Translations under genes and position numbers: made by a program
Shown here: positions 60,456 to 64,000 of the stretch, in pieces
How the letters are laid out: every line of letters begins with the position of its first letter
How positions within the stretch are numbered: the first letter of the stretch is position 1
Assembly (NCBI GenBank): GCA_965223845.1
Contig: CBDCXR010000004.1
Span: forward strand, 160,001 to 224,000
Direction: 5' to 3'
Origin: Planctomycetota bacterium
GTDB lineage: Bacteria; Planctomycetota; UBA8108; SXIK01
Length of the DNA: 64,000 bases
The notes under the pieces: generated by a model
Database searches by the model: none
The model's input: the letters and a program-made list of their open reading frames with translations, nothing else
Told to the model about the DNA's origin: nothing

Positions 60456-60532
60456 GGGCCTATAGCTCAGTTGGTTAGAGCAGGGGTCTCATAAACCCCG
60501 GGTCGCTGGTTCGAGTCCAGCTGGGCCCACCA
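60456..60532 (+). tRNA. tRNA-Ile2 (CAT anticodon, lysidine-modified type)
   Basis: GGGCCTATAGCTCAGTTGGTTAGAGCAGGGGTCTCATAAACCCCGGGTCGCTGGTTCGAGTCCAGCTGGGCCCACCA. C4:G69 and C5:G68 TilS determinants are present and the acceptor is Ile-like. Confidence 0.9.
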
Positions 60533-60586
60533 CATTCGCCCTCGGGGCGTTCGCAGCACCGGTTCGCGCCCGAGTTCGTTATTTCC

Positions 60587-60614
60587 TTGATGGCGATCTC
60601 GGCCCTTCTAAAAT
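60587..60614 (+). promoter_or_regulatory. Sigma70-like promoter (TTGATG-N16-TAAAAT)
   Basis: Near-consensus hexamers downstream of the tRNA. Confidence 0.5.
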
Positions 60615-60616
60615 GC

Positions 60617-60660
60617 CCGTGGAATCGCGCCTTGGTGCGATCCCACGCGGCGGTTTTTTC
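60617..60660 (+). terminator. Terminator-like hairpin plus T6
   Basis: CCGTGGAATCGCGCC-TT-GGTGCGATCCCACGCGG followed by CGGTTTTTT. Confidence 0.55.
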
Positions 60661-61153
60661 GCGCTCTCGAGCGCGATCCGTGCCGCTTCTCGTCGAGATC
60701 GCGTCGATCTTTCGACTTCGGTGAGCGACCGAAGTCGACCTCCGAAGGTGGGAGGGCGAGACGCAGTGCGCGGAGGCGCCGAACGGCCGTATCCGAGGCC
60801 GAACGGTGCTCGAGGAAACCGCCGGGGAGCCGGGAGCTTCTGTAGTTTTCGTCGTGTGAACCGCCGCCGACCCTAACGGATGGGTCTAGCGGACGGGCGC
60901 GCGAAAGTCGCAGGAGCTGGGTGATCTCCTTACCTTCTCGATTCCCATCGGTCGCTCTCGGATCGAGCGAGCACGCCGCGCAGCGGGGCGGCTCGACCGG
61001 TTAGAGTGTGCACTCGTCGAGCGCTCGTTGAATGTCGCCGGCCAGATCTCAATGGCCGGATCTCGATGGCCGGGCGATTCGTTCGGCGTTCGCGTCGGCT
61101 ATCCTGTGATGCTCTCGCTCGTCTCGGTCTTTTCTCTTCGTTCGGTGTCGTCT

Positions 61154-61510
61154 ATGAACTCTCTCGCTCTGCGTTGTTTCGCTGCGGGCTCGCGGGGGCG
61201 CGGCTGGCGGACTCTCGCTGCTGCGCTCGCGATTGGAGCCTCGATCATCGGAGCCGGTTGCAGCGATCGCGATCGACGTCTCTCCGAGGGCGAAGCACTC
61301 CGCTACAAGCGCGCGTTGCTCGTCGAGCACGGGGAGAGTGTGTCCTCGGACCAGGTCGAGCAGATCGGACGTTTTTCCGGACGGACGAAGCGGGAGATCG
61401 ATGGCTACTTCGAGCGGCTCCAGCGAGAGCACGAGCGCGAGGTCGAGCGGGATCGAGCGGCTGCGGCGAGTGAGTTGCGCCGCGAGCGGATGCGTCCGGA
61501 CGAGTTGTGA
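61154..61510 (+). CDS. Hypothetical lipoprotein
   Basis: LAAALAIGASIIGAGC lipobox, then a charged helical domain. Start is uncertain. Confidence 0.6.
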   Translation: MNSLALRCFAAGSRGRGWRTLAAALAIGASIIGAGCSDRDRRLSEGEALRYKRALLVEHGESVSSDQVEQIGRFSGRTKREIDGYFERLQREHEREVERDRAAAASELRRERMRPDEL

Positions 61511-61595
61511 GCTCTGATCGGATTCGCTTGCTTGGACTCCGAGCTGGTCGCGCTGAACAAACGAACCTCAAATCTGCGGAAAGGAATGCGAAGAG

Positions 61596-62771
61596 ATGGC
61601 GAAGATGAAAACTACGTCGAGTCGAGTCGGGACGGAAGCCGCGCGCGCGGCACCGGGAGCGTCCAACGGACGAGGGGCCGACGCGAAAGCTGCCGCTCCG
61701 AAGGCCGAGCGCACGAAGTCGGCGAAGGCGAGCGAGAAGCGCGGGTCGAATGCGGCCGAGAAGATCGAGAAGCAAAAGAATCAGGCGCTCGAGTTCACCC
61801 TCGGGCAGATTCACAAGCGGTGCGGGCAGGGATCGATCATGTATCTCGGCGAAGACTACCGGGCGAACGTCCCGGTGATCTCGACCGGGGTCCTGTCGCT
61901 CGACCGCGCGACCGGGATCGGCGGAGTTCCCCGCGGGCGGATCATGGAGATCTACGGCCCGGAGTCGTCGGGAAAGACGACGCTCACCCTGCACGTGGTC
62001 GCGAACGCCCAGCGCTCGGGCGGGACCGCGGCGTTTATCGACGCGGAGCACGCGCTCGATCCGTCCTACGCAAGGAAGCTCGGCGTCGATCTCGATACTT
62101 TGCTCGTGTCACAGCCCGATTCGGGCGAGCAGGCGCTCGAGATCGCGGAGATGCTGATCACGTCGAACGCGCTCAGCGTCGTCGTCATCGACTCCGTCGC
62201 GGCGCTCGTCCCGCGGGCCGAGCTCGAAGGCGAGATCGGAGACTCGTTTGTCGGGCTCCAGGCTCGCCTGATGTCCCAGGCGATGCGGAAGCTCACCGGG
62301 CTCACGAGCAAGTCGCAGACGGCGCTCATCTTCATCAACCAGATCCGCGAGAAGATCGGCGTCATGTTCGGCAGTCCCGAGACGACGAGCGGCGGACGTG
62401 CGCTCAAGTTCTATTCGTCGATGCGGTTTGACATCCGTCGGATCTCGGCGCTCAAGGACGGCGACAAGGTGCGGGGCAATCGTACGCGCGTGAAGGTCGT
62501 CAAGAACAAGCTCGCGCCGCCGTTTCGCCAGTCGGAGTTCGATATCTTGTTCAATCAGGGTGCGTCGTACTCCGGAGACCTCCTCGATCTCGCGGTCGAG
62601 GACGGCGTGATCAAGCGGAGCGGAACGTGGCACTCCTACGGCGAGGTGCGGCTCGGGCAGGGACGCGATCGGTCGATTCAGTTCCTCGAAGAGAACCGGG
62701 ATCTGATGCGTCAGGTCGAGACGGAGGTGCGGGAGAAGATCGGACTGCCGGAGACCACCGAAGGCGAGTGA
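61596..62771 (+). CDS. recA: Recombinase A (with ~55-aa Lys/Ala-rich N-terminal extension)
   Basis: [43 protein letters not shown] and KVVKNK. Confidence 0.99.
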   Translation: MAKMKTTSSRVGTEAARAAPGASNGRGADAKAAAPKAERTKSAKASEKRGSNAAEKIEKQKNQALEFTLGQIHKRCGQGSIMYLGEDYRANVPVISTGVLSLDRATGIGGVPRGRIMEIYGPESSGKTTLTLHVVANAQRSGGTAAFIDAEHALDPSYARKLGVDLDTLLVSQPDSGEQALEIAEMLITSNALSVVVIDSVAALVPRAELEGEIGDSFVGLQARLMSQAMRKLTGLTSKSQTALIFINQIREKIGVMFGSPETTSGGRALKFYSSMRFDIRRISALKDGDKVRGNRTRVKVVKNKLAPPFRQSEFDILFNQGASYSGDLLDLAVEDGVIKRSGTWHSYGEVRLGQGRDRSIQFLEENRDLMRQVETEVREKIGLPETTEGE

Positions 62772-63013
62772 GAGGGCGACGCCGTCCGTCCGCCATCGGG
62801 TCGGAAGGCTACAAGGCGTTCAAGCTCTTACACTTATCGGCTGGGCCGCGCCCGGACGCCGCACCCGACCCGCGCGATGACGGGCGGAGTTGGAGGCGGC
62901 GTCCGAGCGCTTCCGCCCTCGCTGCTCAACGCTGGTCGTGGGGTGGGTGTTCGGGGCCCTCGGACCGGTCCGGCTCGAAACGAGGAGACGAACGTGCCGG
63001 AGCCTCGGTCCGA

Positions 63014-63042
63014 TTGGGCGGCCGGCACGCTTGTGCTACACT
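63014..63042 (+). promoter_or_regulatory. Sigma70-like promoter (TTGGGC-N17-TACACT with TG extension)
   Basis: Lies ~300 nt upstream of the PilX/GspK-like gene. Confidence 0.4.
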
Positions 63043-63340
63043 GAAGGCTTCTCCTCGGCGGGCGGAAGGTCGGGTCGTTACCCCCAGACTGCGCTCCGGC
63101 TGCCCGTGCGAATCGTGCGCCCGCGGCGGGTCGCAGGAGGGCTCGGCTGGCCGCCCTGCAACAGCCGGGGGGCCGGACGAGTCCTTCTGCTTGTGAGGAG
63201 ATCTCTGCCCGAGGTCCGCCGCCCGAATCGCCGCGGTGGCTCGCGAGGAGAGTCTCGCCTCGAGTCCGCGGAGCCGGGTCTCCGAGAGGCCCTCCGCTAG
63301 TCTTCCGGCCGCCTCGTTCCGACAACTCTGATCGATAGTC

Positions 63341-64000
63341 ATGGAGTATCGCGTGCTGCGCTCGACTACCCACCGCCACCGTCCGCAGCGACACTGCGGG
63401 CGATCGAGGGAGCGGCTCGTCTCTCGCGCGTCCGGCGTGTTCGGGCGTTCTCGATCCGACGGCGCCGTTCTGATCATCGCGCTCGGCGTTCTTACGATCA
63501 TGGCGATCCTCGGAACCGCGTTCGCTCAGCTCATGCGTCTCGAGCGGCGCGCCACCGAGAACTACATCGAGTCGCGGAGCATGGACTTTCTCCTCGACTC
63601 CGCGCTCAACCGCGTCGTCGCACAGCTCCAGGGCTCGAAGAACTTTCGAAGCTATTCCGTCTACCGCGATACGCCGTGGCTCTTTCGGCTGCGAGACGAG
63701 GACACGCTCGGACACGGTCGAGCGGATATCAAGGACCCTCGAGTCAGCAGCTGGGCCATGTTCGCTCGTCGGAGCGGGACGGAGCAGTGGTTCTCGACGA
63801 AAGTCCTCGACTGCACCTCGCAGATCAATCTGAACGGCCGGCAGGACACTCTCGCGCGCATGCTCGAGAACCTGGGCGAGGCGATCAAGCGCAGTGAGCG
63901 CCTGAAGCGCGACGGTAATCCCACCTTCAATCCGCTCTACACTGGGCCGCGCGAAAGCGGAAACCGCGTGACGGGGGCGCAGATCATCCAGCTCCGCCGT
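63341..64000 (+). CDS. PilX/GspK-like minor (pseudo)pilin, 5' part (runs off the window; absent from the ORF track)
   Basis: Open frame to the window end: SDG|AVLIIALGVLTIMAILGTAFAQLMRLERRA (type III signal-like, no E5) and KVLDCTSQINLN (GspK-like). Confidence 0.75.
   Translation, partial: MEYRVLRSTTHRHRPQRHCGRSRERLVSRASGVFGRSRSDGAVLIIALGVLTIMAILGTAFAQLMRLERRATENYIESRSMDFLLDSALNRVVAQLQGSKNFRSYSVYRDTPWLFRLRDEDTLGHGRADIKDPRVSSWAMFARRSGTEQWFSTKVLDCTSQINLNGRQDTLARMLENLGEAIKRSERLKRDGNPTFNPLYTGPRESGNRVTGAQIIQLRR

Noticed and set aside
60456-60532. tRNA-targeted genomic island at either tRNA
   Set aside because: No duplicated tRNA 3' end and no integrase were seen; the flanks are housekeeping-like.
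61554-61567. GAAC-N4-GAAC upstream of recA as an SOS box
   Set aside because: The spacing and orientation match neither GAAC-N4-GTTC nor GAAC-N7-GAAC, and no equivalent was found upstream of comEA-uvrB.
63043-63340. Riboswitch in the long leader of the PilX/GspK-like gene
   Set aside because: Some pairing is possible (TCTCCTC/GAGGAGA), but there is no recognisable aptamer consensus or terminator, and GC content explains the stems.

Overview
High-GC bacterial chromosome segment (about 65-70% GC by eye). It is most consistent with an uncultured Planctomycetota-like lineage. That assignment is an inference from the ECF/Ser-Thr kinase pairs, an FRRGDxNxDG dockerin-like C-terminus, the HEAT/vWA and DUF4388-TPR proteins and a eukaryote-type UDP-GlcNAc pyrophosphorylase. 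The backbone is housekeeping: nadC, comEA-uvrB, a two-component system, tRNA-Met, comF, gatCAB, rsfS-tsaE, an SMC-like ATPase coupled to miaA, lonC-thiL-parA, an HU/IHF gene, tRNA-Ile2, recA and the start of a PilX/GspK-like gene. Two accessory tracts interrupt it. The first, 1-~3600, holds a decayed TIR fragment, a frameshifted XRE gene and genes followed by related ~50-bp hairpin repeats. The second, ~16100-26200, holds a deletion-fused ECF/kinase-malectin remnant, a secreted SBBP-PKD-dockerin protein, a structured intergenic region and an intact ECF43-like sigma/kinase pair. The best candidate for something undescribed is a dispersed signalling/scaffold toolkit. It includes a DUF4388-TPR protein with five copies of an LGGAAG(R/K)LAAL(R/K) motif in a disordered tail, lying downstream of a P-loop-degenerate pyrophosphorylase. 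It also includes a second DUF4388-TPR-PEGA-propeller protein, an FHA pseudokinase, an MshEN-like/Zn kinase, an orphan FliN-like protein and tandem tiny lipoproteins. No CRISPR array, rRNA, integrase or transposase was seen. All family calls come from manual motif recognition, not database searches.
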